Source: Terriglobia bacterium (lineage in GTDB: Bacteria > Acidobacteriota > Terriglobia > 20CM-2-55-15). Taken from it: a stretch of DNA of 64,000 nt. The notes beneath the pieces are model-generated. The model did no database searches. It saw only the letters and a list, made by a program, of their open reading frames with translations, and was not told where the DNA came from. This document shows, in pieces, positions 31,294 through 40,155 of the stretch. Each line of letters begins with the position of its first letter. Position 1 is the stretch's first letter. Made by a program: the position numbers and the translations under genes. The stretch covers positions 10,162 through 74,161 of the forward strand of contig CBDCLE010000023.1 of the NCBI GenBank assembly GCA_965218585.1. Direction: 5' to 3'.

Positions 31294-32643
31294 CTAGAGC
31301 ACGAACACCAGGACCATGCCTGCCGGCACGACGAATCGGACCAGGAACTTCCAGAGCCGGTACAAGGGGGTCCGCACACCGTATTCTTCGCTCCGCATCT
31401 TTTCGCTGATCCGCCAACCCGCAAAGGCGAGACCAGGAACGCCCCGATGGGCAGGAACACACCTGTAACGGCGAAATCCAGCGAGTCGAAGATATTCATG
31501 TCTTCGAACCGGGCGAGAATTGCCAGCGGCCTTACCTCAGACCAGACATTGAACGAGAACACGGTCGCCAGCCCGATGAACCACGCCACAAAGCCGGCAA
31601 GCACGGCGCCCCATTTTCTGGGAACGCCCCGGGTATCCTCTAGCCAGGCGACGACCGGTTCGAACATTGAAAGTGCCGATGTCAACGTCGCCATCAGCAT
31701 CAACAGGAAGAACATCAACCCGAAAACGATACCGCCCGGCATCTGACCAAACGCAATAGGCAGGGTGACGAATATCAGGCCCGGGCCTTCACCGGGCGTG
31801 AGTCCGTAGGCGAACACCAGTGGGAAAATCACCAGTCCCGCGACGATAGCGGCCGCGGTATCGGCCAGGGCGATCACGGCTCCCGAACGCGGAATAGACG
31901 CCTCGTCGCTCAGGTAGGCGCCGTAGACGATCATGCCGGCGCCACCGACGCTCAGAGTCAGCAGGGCCTGCCCCAGTGCGATTAAAGTCGTCGAGCCATC
32001 AATCCTGCCGAAGTCGGGAGTGAACAGGAACGAGAGGGCCTGGGCAGCGTCGCCCACGATCAGTGAGTAGACGGTCAGGACCAGTATCAGGACGAACAGG
32101 CCCGGCATCATGATCTTGATGGCCCGTTCGATGCCGCGCCGTATGCCGCGGCCGACTATGAAGAGCGTAAAGACCATGAAGAGTCCGTGCCAAAGGGCAA
32201 GTCTCAATGGATTGGCAGTGAGGCCACCGAACAAGGACACGGACGAATCGGCGTCCAGCCCGGAAAACGCTCCGGAAACGGATTTGAAGGAGGTAATCGA
32301 AGGTCCAACTGGCCACGACGCTGAAGTAAGACAGCAACAGGAACGCAGAGATCACCAGCATCCATCCCAGATATATCCATGCCTTGCTGAAGCCTTCCTG
32401 CTGGGCGACCTTTTCGAAACACCGGATAGGGCTGAGTTTGCCGCGCCGCCCGATCATGATCGTTGCGATCAGGGCGGGAAGTCCCACACCGAGGACGAAG
32501 CAGAGATAGAGAATGACGAACGCCCCTCCGCCGTTCGCACCCGCGACATAGGGGAATCGCCAGATGTTGCCGAGCCCAACCGCGCTTCCCAACGCGGCTA
32601 GGATGAAGGTCGCCTCCGAGGACCACTGTTCACGATCGCTCAT
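31294..32643 (-). CDS. Sodium-dependent transporter (NSS/SNF family), frameshifts ~32285 and ~31430
   Basis: GSAVGLGNIWRFPY..G.NGGGAF, GPGLIFVTLP; ATGA overlap with the upstream gene. Confidence 0.88.
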
Positions 32644-33627
32644 AAGGCAAATATCCGTTCGGCGTTTGCACTGCGGACTACGTCCCGCGTTGCCGGATCC
32701 AGTTTGTCCACACGTGACAGGCATCCGGGCATGTCGCCGATGTTGAAGGGATAGTCCGAGCCATACATCACGTGATCGGCGCCCCCGACTTCAACGCATA
32801 ACTCGAGCGACTCCTGTCGATACGTGACAGCGTCGTAGTAGATGTGCCGCAGATACTCACTCGGGGGTCGATCGATCTTGACGCGCGCTCGCTTTGTTCT
32901 GTCGAAGACGCGTTCGAGGCGTCCCGCCAGGTAAGGTAGTGTCGCGCCGGCGTGAGCTGCGATCAGTTTCAGATTGGGATAGCGGTCGAAGAAACCGTCA
33001 AAAATCATGCGGGTTACGGCGACAGTCGTATCGACCATGAAACCGACCGAAGCCACCATCGCGAAATGCGACAGGCTGAGTCCATCGAGACCCGGAGGCG
33101 CCGTGGGATGGAGCAGGACCGGCAGGGCTCTGTCGTCGATCGCCTGCCATACAGGCGCAAACAACTCATCGGTCAGGTGTCTGTTGTTGATGTTTCCCAA
33201 CGTCAGGACGCCCACGGCTCCGTTGTCGCATGCTCTGGCCAACTCTCCCACAGCAGAGGCGGGATGTTCCCAGGGCAGACTGGCCATCCACCCGGATCCT
33301 TTCAGGATAGTTGCTCTGTTCTTGGGCGAACTCGTCATTCGCCGCGCGGGCAGCTTCGAGACTCTGCTCCCCGTTGCCCCAGAAGACACTCGGTGCGGGC
33401 AGCGTCAGGATCGCAATATCGACACCAGCCGCGTCCATATTTTTGATGCGCTCTTCGTAATCGAAATGCGGTGGTTCCAGGACACAGAAGCTCGCACCCC
33501 GGTTGAAGATTGTCTCGGGACTGTCGAGGCTCTCCCTGACTTCCAGGTCCGGCCCCCCATGTTGACGCAAAAGGGCCAACCACTTCTTCGTGAACATGTG
33601 AGTGTGGACATCTATAACCCGATGCAT
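32640..33627 (-). CDS. Amidohydrolase_2 family (ACMSD/decarboxylase-like), frameshift ~33293
   Basis: IDVHTH, LLHP, AHAGATLP, GSDYPF. Confidence 0.85.
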
Positions 33628-33727
33628 AGCATTCCCTCTGAGTCGTGACCTAGGACCCACGCATAGTAAAACAGAATTCGTGGACGGAGACCGAATTCTC
33701 TCTTCAAACTCGTTAGAATCAAAGCGC

Positions 33728-33768
33728 GGCCCTTTAGCTCAGGTGGATAGAGCAGCGGTTTAACTGCT
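33728..33768 (+). pseudogene. 5' half of a tRNA (Arg-like D arm); anticodon loop and T arm absent
   Basis: GGCCCTT TA GCTC AGGTGGATA GAGC A GCGGT tta ACTGC; no TTCRA T-loop follows; TAGAAT just upstream. Confidence 0.65.
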
Positions 33769-33872
33769 GCAACTCTCCTAAAGATTCTCCGAAACAGAGC
33801 CTCAACAGGGCCTATGAAGGAGCGCCCATCCTCTTTAGCTAGGACATAGCCCAGGCGATTCTTCTACTCTTC

Positions 33873-33901
33873 TTGACAAAATTCCGTCTATTTTGTACAA
33901 T
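33873..33901 (+). promoter_or_regulatory. Sigma70 promoter of the toxin gene, probably giving a leaderless transcript
   Basis: TTGACA-17 bp-TACAAT, then 6 nt to ATG 33908, with no SD. Confidence 0.8.
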
Positions 33902-33907
33902 TTGTTC

Positions 33908-34168
33908 ATGTCGTACACAGTACGCATCGACCGGGCAGCGGAAAAGGAAATCAGAAATCTGGACACTAAGATTCGGAAACGGATTCTGGCTGCGCTGCAC
34001 GACCTAGAAGCGGACCCGTTTAGAAGGGGCGTTAAAAAGTTGAAGGACGCAAGCGATCCCTACCGCTATCGGGTTGGTTCTTATCGCATTCTCTTCACAA
34101 TTAAAGGGAAACAACTGGTCGTTCGGGTTGTTGGGGTCCGGCACCGCAGCAAAGCCTACCACGGCTGA
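33908..34168 (+). CDS. RelE/ParE family toxin
   Basis: 86 aa, basic; YTVRI...A.KEI..L, KKL, YRYRVGSYRILF, VGVRHR. Confidence 0.9.
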   Translation: MSYTVRIDRAAEKEIRNLDTKIRKRILAALHDLEADPFRRGVKKLKDASDPYRYRVGSYRILFTIKGKQLVVRVVGVRHRSKAYHG

Positions 34169-34222
34169 AGCTGTGCGGTGCATGACTCCCGGTGCTGGTG
34201 TGGCGGTTAAAGGAGAATCAAT

Positions 34223-34492
34223 ATGGCTGCATCCAACCAACCTACAAGGATTAGTACATCCACGGCTCGTGGAAAACTGGCACTGGTCTTGGACATGGTT
34301 CGAACTGAAGATGAACGAATTGTCCTGACTCATCACGGGCGCGACGTTGCCGCGCTTATACCCGTAGAAGATCTCGAACTACTGGAAGAATTGGAAGATC
34401 GATCAGATGCGGCAGAGATCCGCCGACGCCTGAAGATTTCCAGCGAAACAATCACACTGAAACAGCTAGAGCGGAGCTTGACGCCGAAATAG
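34223..34492 (+). CDS. Phd/YefM family antitoxin
   Basis: ISTSTARGKL, ERIVLTHHGRDVAALIP, acidic C-terminal half; AAGGAG RBS. Confidence 0.88.
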   Translation: MAASNQPTRISTSTARGKLALVLDMVRTEDERIVLTHHGRDVAALIPVEDLELLEELEDRSDAAEIRRRLKISSETITLKQLERSLTPK

Positions 34493-34669
34493 AGAAAAGC
34501 CGAAAAAATAGCAGCAAAATGAAAAGGACGACGGGAGGGGACTTACATACTCCCCCAGCTTGCCGACACTCTAAATCACCACCAATATAGCGATTAGTGT
34601 ATTAATATGTGCTGATAATCCGATTCCTTTCATGGCGACGAATCAGAAAACGAAATAATCAGCGCTGAG

Positions 34670-37303
34670 GTGAAAAGAACCATGACGACCAACTTCTATC
34701 GCATCTCGATCTCTCTGAGCATTTTGCTATTGCTCGGTGCGTCCAGCTTCGAAGCATTCGGCCAACAGAGGGTTCCAAGCCCAGAGGAATATCTAGGCTT
34801 CGAGGTCGGTGCAGACCGGAAGCTTGCCCGATGGGATCAGATCCTGGGTTATATCGGGCAGGTGGATGAGGCGTTTGACCGGGTGGGGATGGAGGTTGTC
34901 GGCGAAACGACCTCGGGCAATCCGTTCGTCGTCGTCGTGGTCTCCTCACCAGAGAACATGCGCCAGTTGGAGCGGTATGAAGACATCGCCGCGCAACTTG
35001 CCAGCGGAAGACTCGAAGCTGACGATGCACGGGACCTGGCCGCCAGCGGCAAGGTCATCGTCTTTCTCAACCATAATGTTCATTCCACGGAGATCGCGTC
35101 GTCCCAGACGACTTTGCGGCTTCTTCATTTCCTTTCTACGGACACGTCAGAAGAAGTCCGGGAGATCCTGGATAAAGTGATTCTGGTCCACCTCCCGTCC
35201 GGAAACCCGGACGGTCAGATCATGGCTGTCGACTGGTACAGGCAGAACGTGGGTACAGAGTACGAACAATCCCCGATGCCATGGCTCTACCATCCGTATA
35301 TCGGCCACGACAACAATCGAGACTTCTTCATGGGCAACGTCGTGGAGTCGGCTCTGATGATGCAGCTCGTTTACAAGGACTGGCATCCGCAGATCTACCT
35401 GGATCAGCACCAGATGGGGGCCTTTGGAGCTCGCATGTTCGTTCCGCCGTTTCCCGACCCGCCGAACGAGCACGTTGATCCCTTGATCTGGCAGCAGATC
35501 AAGTTTCTCGGTGGGGGAATTGCAACCGACCTTCAGGTGGCTGGAAAGCAGGGCGTCCTGACCAACGCCATGTACCGGATCTACCACCAGGGAGGCCCGT
35601 TATCGGTCTGGTGGCACAACATCGTCGGCCTGCTCACTGAAACCGCAAGCGCGTCCATGGCGACACCGCTGACGCTTGATCGGGAAGACCTCAGACCCAC
35701 ACGACCCGACCAGGGGCTTCCTGTCTACGAGACGGCCAAGAATTTTCCGGATCCGTGGTACGGGGGGGAATGGCATCTCAGTGACATTGTCGACCATCAG
35801 TTCATTGCTGCAATGTCCGTACTCAAACAGGCAGCGCGCTACAAGAGTGAGTTCCTGTTCAACAATTATCTGATGGCCCAGAGGGCAATAGAGGCGGCCG
35901 AGGTCGAAGGCCCGTTTGCCTACGTTGTTCCGGCCGGACAAAAGGACGGGCCCACGGCAGACGAAATGATCGAGAGATTGATGTTGCAGGGCATCGAAGT
36001 TCATCGGGCGGATAGCAACGTTCAGGTCGGGGGAGAAACGTATCTCGAAGGTTCTTTCTTCTTATTGGCGGCTCAACCGGCTCGGTCTGCCCTGGTCGAT
36101 CTTTTCGAAAGTCAGGACTATCCGGATGTCCGTCTGTATCCGGAAGGACCACCAATCTTGCCGTATGACGTCACCGGCTACACTCTTCCCATGCAGATGG
36201 GAGTCACGTATGCGGCGATCGAGGCCGGATTCGATGTTTCTAATCTGAGATTGATCAGCAGCGTCGAAAACGACACCGTGGCTCCGGTTCCGGCAGCCAC
36301 AGAGACTTTCGTCCTGAATCATGAGATCAACAAGACGGCCGTTCTGGTCAACCGGCTTCTCGCCAGGGACGTTCCGGTCTACCGCGTGCCTCAGGCAATA
36401 GATTTCAACGGTACGCCCATTTCCTCAGGTGCCTTCGCGGTTCCCGCATCAGCCCAGGTCCGAACTACACTCATGGATTTGAACGCCGATCTTTCGCTGC
36501 CGATCGGGGCCGATCCCAGCGACTTCGATGTCAACGATTCCGGATTGCCACTCAACGAGCCACGAGTAGGCCTTTACAGGTCGTGGGTCCCTTCGATCGA
36601 CGAGGGTTGGACCCGGTGGATTCTTGAAGAGTTCGATTTTGCTTACGTTGGATTGCAGAACGAGGCGGTCCGCAACGGAAATCTCAGGGATGACTATGAC
36701 GTGATTATCCTGCCGGCTCAACTCTCACTCCGGCAACTGGTGGAGGGCCGTCGGCCTGGAGAGATACCCGAACCTTACGTCGGCGGGATAGGCGAGGAAG
36801 GAATAGAAAACCTCAAACGATTCGTAGTGGACGGTGGAACCTTGATCGCCCTTGACTCGGGAGGTGAGGTTGTCCTGGAACATTTTGACGTTCCTCTGAC
36901 CGATGCGCTCGACGACGTATCGACAGATCAGTTCTATTGTCCCGGTTGTATCGTCCGGCTGGGGATCGACACGGACCACCCGATCGGGTTCGGCCTCGAA
37001 CCCGAAGTTGCCGCGAAGTTTGCCAACAGTCCTGGATACGTCGTTGATACCGAATCGAGCAATGACGTCCGCGTTCTGGCCAGCTACCCGTCAGACGGTC
37101 CGTTGTTGATGAGCGGCCTGATCATCGGGGAGGAAGTCCTGCAGGATAAAGCAGCGGTCGTTCAAATAGGATACGGCAGCGGATCAATCATCATGCTCGG
37201 CTTTCGGGTCCAGCACCGTGGCCAGACACACGGGACCTATAAGCTCCTTTTCAACTCCATATACGACGGCGGCAGCAGTAGCCTTGCTCTGGAGTCCGAT
37301 TGA
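34670..37303 (+). CDS. Secreted M14 zinc carboxypeptidase-like protein with C-terminal GATase-like domain
   Basis: HSTE, NPDG, DNNRD, DQHQM; DEGWTRW/YDVIILP. Confidence 0.85.
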   Translation: MKRTMTTNFYRISISLSILLLLGASSFEAFGQQRVPSPEEYLGFEVGADRKLARWDQILGYIGQVDEAFDRVGMEVVGETTSGNPFVVVVVSSPENMRQLERYEDIAAQLASGRLEADDARDLAASGKVIVFLNHNVHSTEIASSQTTLRLLHFLSTDTSEEVREILDKVILVHLPSGNPDGQIMAVDWYRQNVGTEYEQSPMPWLYHPYIGHDNNRDFFMGNVVESALMMQLVYKDWHPQIYLDQHQMGAFGARMFVPPFPDPPNEHVDPLIWQQIKFLGGGIATDLQVAGKQGVLTNAMYRIYHQGGPLSVWWHNIVGLLTETASASMATPLTLDREDLRPTRPDQGLPVYETAKNFPDPWYGGEWHLSDIVDHQFIAAMSVLKQAARYKSEFLFNNYLMAQRAIEAAEVEGPFAYVVPAGQKDGPTADEMIERLMLQGIEVHRADSNVQVGGETYLEGSFFLLAAQPARSALVDLFESQDYPDVRLYPEGPPILPYDVTGYTLPMQMGVTYAAIEAGFDVSNLRLISSVENDTVAPVPAATETFVLNHEINKTAVLVNRLLARDVPVYRVPQAIDFNGTPISSGAFAVPASAQVRTTLMDLNADLSLPIGADPSDFDVNDSGLPLNEPRVGLYRSWVPSIDEGWTRWILEEFDFAYVGLQNEAVRNGNLRDDYDVIILPAQLSLRQLVEGRRPGEIPEPYVGGIGEEGIENLKRFVVDGGTLIALDSGGEVVLEHFDVPLTDALDDVSTDQFYCPGCIVRLGIDTDHPIGFGLEPEVAAKFANSPGYVVDTESSNDVRVLASYPSDGPLLMSGLIIGEEVLQDKAAVVQIGYGSGSIIMLGFRVQHRGQTHGTYKLLFNSIYDGGSSSLALESD

Positions 37304-37458
37304 CAGGTCGCCGTTAGAAGAGCACGATACGCGACCGGTGTCAGCATTAACGATCAGAAACCACTCCCAGTGCCGGTCACCTGACGACCACAACTGCGGG
37401 TTCGATAACATCCCCGACGCCATCTCGGTGGTGCGAAGTTCGTTATACTATTTCGGCT

Positions 37459-38574
37459 ATGGAAGTTGCTGGTCCCACAAACAGGGAGGCCTCCCCAGCC
37501 CAGGTAGAAGCAGCTCGCAATGCGCTCGATGACTGGGTCCGTGAAGTCGTTGACTGGCACTTTGATCCGGCAACCGGGTCTCCATTCTGGCTTGAGCGCG
37601 CGAAGGAACTCGGCTGGGACCCCCGCCGGGAAATCCTGAGCTTCAGCGATCTCGGCCGCTTCGGGCCGTTCGAAGACGAGTGGTTGCGCGGCGGTCCCGT
37701 CGAGCGATGGGTACCCAGTGGTCTCGCGGATAAGGCCGTATTCGTATTCGAAACAGGCGGTACCACAGGCATTCCGAAGACACGCATCAACTGCGAAGAC
37801 TTCAGGACGGACTACGAGGTGTTCAGCGACACGCTTCCCGAAGAGTATTTCCCGAAGGGAGCAAACTGGCTCATGGTCGGACCTTCCGGTCCCCGTCGGC
37901 TGCGCCTGGCTGTAGAACACCTTGCCCAGTACCGCGGCGGCATCTGCTTCCTGGTGGATCTGGATCCCCGCTGGGTCATCAAGCTCATCAAGAAAGGATG
38001 GACCGAACACCTGGAGGCCTACAAGAACCACGTGATCGATCAGGCTGTAACGATCCTCCAGGCCAACCACGACATTCACTGCCTGTTTGCAACGCCGAAA
38101 CTACTTGAAGCCCTGGCCTTGCGCCTGGAATCGATGGACACGACGATTCACAAGGAAGGCATCACAGGTGTGTTCTCCGGAGGCACCGAGTTCACACCCC
38201 AGTGGAATCGTTTTGCGCACGAAGAATTGCTCGACGGAGCATACATGACCCCGACATACGGCAACACCTTGATGGGCCTTGCCCCAAGTGCTCCCAGCGG
38301 TCCAGCGAACGCCTACAAGATCTCTTACTACGCACCACAACCGCGCGGAGTCATTGAAGTCATCGATCCCGATGATCCGGACCGTGTCGTCGGATACGGC
38401 GAAACCGGCCGAATCAAGGTCACCACCCTGACAAAGGAATTCTTCATGCCGGGCTTCCTCGAACGCGATGAAGGTGAACGGGAACCGCCGTCGGATCTCT
38501 ACCCATGGGATGGAGTGAGCGGTGTGCGGCCTTTCGGTAAACTGCCTACGGCGACCACCGTAGGCGTGTACTAG
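37459..38574 (+). CDS. EhpF/GriC-like atypical adenylate-forming enzyme
   Basis: WHF..TGSPFWL, ETGGTTG.PK P-loop, DLDPRWV, GGTE, YGETG, ERD and C-terminal GVY all match the EhpF motifs as I recall them. Confidence 0.8.
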   Translation: MEVAGPTNREASPAQVEAARNALDDWVREVVDWHFDPATGSPFWLERAKELGWDPRREILSFSDLGRFGPFEDEWLRGGPVERWVPSGLADKAVFVFETGGTTGIPKTRINCEDFRTDYEVFSDTLPEEYFPKGANWLMVGPSGPRRLRLAVEHLAQYRGGICFLVDLDPRWVIKLIKKGWTEHLEAYKNHVIDQAVTILQANHDIHCLFATPKLLEALALRLESMDTTIHKEGITGVFSGGTEFTPQWNRFAHEELLDGAYMTPTYGNTLMGLAPSAPSGPANAYKISYYAPQPRGVIEVIDPDDPDRVVGYGETGRIKVTTLTKEFFMPGFLERDEGEREPPSDLYPWDGVSGVRPFGKLPTATTVGVY

Positions 38575-38582
38575 TTTATAAA

Positions 38583-40013
38583 ATGATTACCCTTCCCGTC
38601 CTGCGCTGGGGTCAACCCTACGACAGCCTCGATATAGACGAAGTCGTCCATTTCTCGACGGGTGAGCCGGTCGCAAGGATCGGGCGCGCCAACAGCGGAC
38701 TGATCCAGCGGGACATGCGCCGCGCCCAACGGGCCCGGGACGCCCTCAGGACCATCCCGGTCGGCGAACTGCTCGAAAGGTTCCAGCGTGCGGGCGAGAT
38801 TTACATGACCGGCACGGTTCCAATGGGTGACGGAGGGCAGACCCCTGAACAGTTTGTGACAGCCCAGTCGGCCAGCACCGGTCTGCCCGAAAACATGTGC
38901 CGGGCAAACATGGACAAGAACCGTTTCGTCCTGAACGAAATGGGAAACATCCTCGCTTCGTTGACACGGGGATTAGACCTGGAGATCCTGAACCGGGGTT
39001 TCGGCGAGGAGCATGAGGTCCCGATAAGCTATCAGGCTCAGAGTCCGGTCCTCGGCGTCGTACTGCCGTCTAATTCTCCCGGTGTACACACCCTGTGGCT
39101 GCCGATGCTCGCGTTGCAGATCGGCCTCGTCCTCAAGCCCGGACCGCAGGAACCCTGGACGCCATACCGAATGGCCAACGCTTTCTTCGAAGCGGGCATT
39201 CCAAGGGAAGCGATTTCAGTGTATCCGGGCGAAGCCGACGTCGGTGCGGCCGTACTCGCAGCCTGCCCCCGCAGCATGATCTTTGGTGATGAGACGACCG
39301 TGGACCGTTATCGGGGTGATCCGCGGGTCCAACCGCACGGACCGGGCTTCTCGAAGATTATCTTCGGTGACGACCAGGTGGACGATTGGGAAAAACACCT
39401 GGACCTGATGGTGGAAAGTGTTGCTGTCAACAGCGGACGTAGCTGTATCAATACCTCGGGGATATGGGTGAGTCGACACGCCGGAGAAATCGCCAATGCC
39501 CTGGCCAGAAGACTCGCCGAGATACAACCCCTTCCGCCCCAGGATCCGGAGGCCGGATTGGCGGCGTTCACGGTGCCCGGCGTAGCCGAAGCCATTTCGC
39601 AATCGATCGATGTCGATGTCCAGGCACCCGGGGTTCGGGACGTCTCTTCCGAGTATCGTGAAGGGAGTCGCGTCGTAGACGCCGGACTCGCCGACTATCT
39701 GCTGCCAACCGTGATCCACTCCGAGTCACCGGACACCAGCATTGCGAGAAAGGAATACATGTTCCCTTTTGTCAGCGTCGTCGAGTGTTCCGAAGCTGAC
39801 ATGATTCGGGCCATCGGACCCACGTTGGTTTGCAGCGCGATCACCTGTAACGAAGATTTCCGCAGACAACTCGTGGATGCGGTAAACATCGACCGGCTGA
39901 ACCTCGGCCCGGTGCCGACGACCAAGCTCAACTGGCTGCAACCCCACGAAGGGAACATCGTCGATTTCCTATTTCGCGCACGGGCATTCCAGAACGCGCC
40001 GTTCACGGGTTGA
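38583..40013 (+). CDS. EhpG/GriD-like ALDH-fold acyl-AMP reductase
   Basis: LPSNSPGVH, LKPG..EP, HGPGFSK, catalytic NSGRSCIN, EYMFPFV. Confidence 0.75.
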   Translation: MITLPVLRWGQPYDSLDIDEVVHFSTGEPVARIGRANSGLIQRDMRRAQRARDALRTIPVGELLERFQRAGEIYMTGTVPMGDGGQTPEQFVTAQSASTGLPENMCRANMDKNRFVLNEMGNILASLTRGLDLEILNRGFGEEHEVPISYQAQSPVLGVVLPSNSPGVHTLWLPMLALQIGLVLKPGPQEPWTPYRMANAFFEAGIPREAISVYPGEADVGAAVLAACPRSMIFGDETTVDRYRGDPRVQPHGPGFSKIIFGDDQVDDWEKHLDLMVESVAVNSGRSCINTSGIWVSRHAGEIANALARRLAEIQPLPPQDPEAGLAAFTVPGVAEAISQSIDVDVQAPGVRDVSSEYREGSRVVDAGLADYLLPTVIHSESPDTSIARKEYMFPFVSVVECSEADMIRAIGPTLVCSAITCNEDFRRQLVDAVNIDRLNLGPVPTTKLNWLQPHEGNIVDFLFRARAFQNAPFTG

Positions 40014-40036
40014 CGTGAGTCCTAATTTGCACGACG

Positions 40037-40115
40037 GAAGATTTCGCTCCCTCGTTCATTCAGACATCCTGTCTGAACGAGGGGCGACCCTCTCCATCAT
40101 CCTGATGGAGAGGCC
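40037..40115 (-). repeat. Two-hairpin intergenic element, copy E
   Basis: Minus strand: CCTCTCCATC-AGGAT-GATGGAGAGG GTCGCC CCTCGTTCAGAC-AGGAT-GTCTGAATGAACGAGG GAGCGAAATCTTC. Confidence 0.88.
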
Positions 40116-40155
40116 TATCGGGATCGAGGGAACATTAACTTAAGGCCTAGAGCCC

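Noticed and set aside
33728-33812. Intact functional tRNA
   Set aside because: The anticodon loop is only 3 nt and there is no TTCRA T-loop.
37459-40013. luxE/luxC bioluminescence system with the luciferase-like gene
   Set aside because: The motifs match EhpF better than LuxE, the LLM gene is 28 kb away and of the F420 type, and there is no luxAB pair or luxD.
6756-40115. CRISPR array or integron attC sites
   Set aside because: The copies are kilobases apart and in both orientations, with no spacers, cas or intI genes and no GTTRRRY/RYYYAAC ends.
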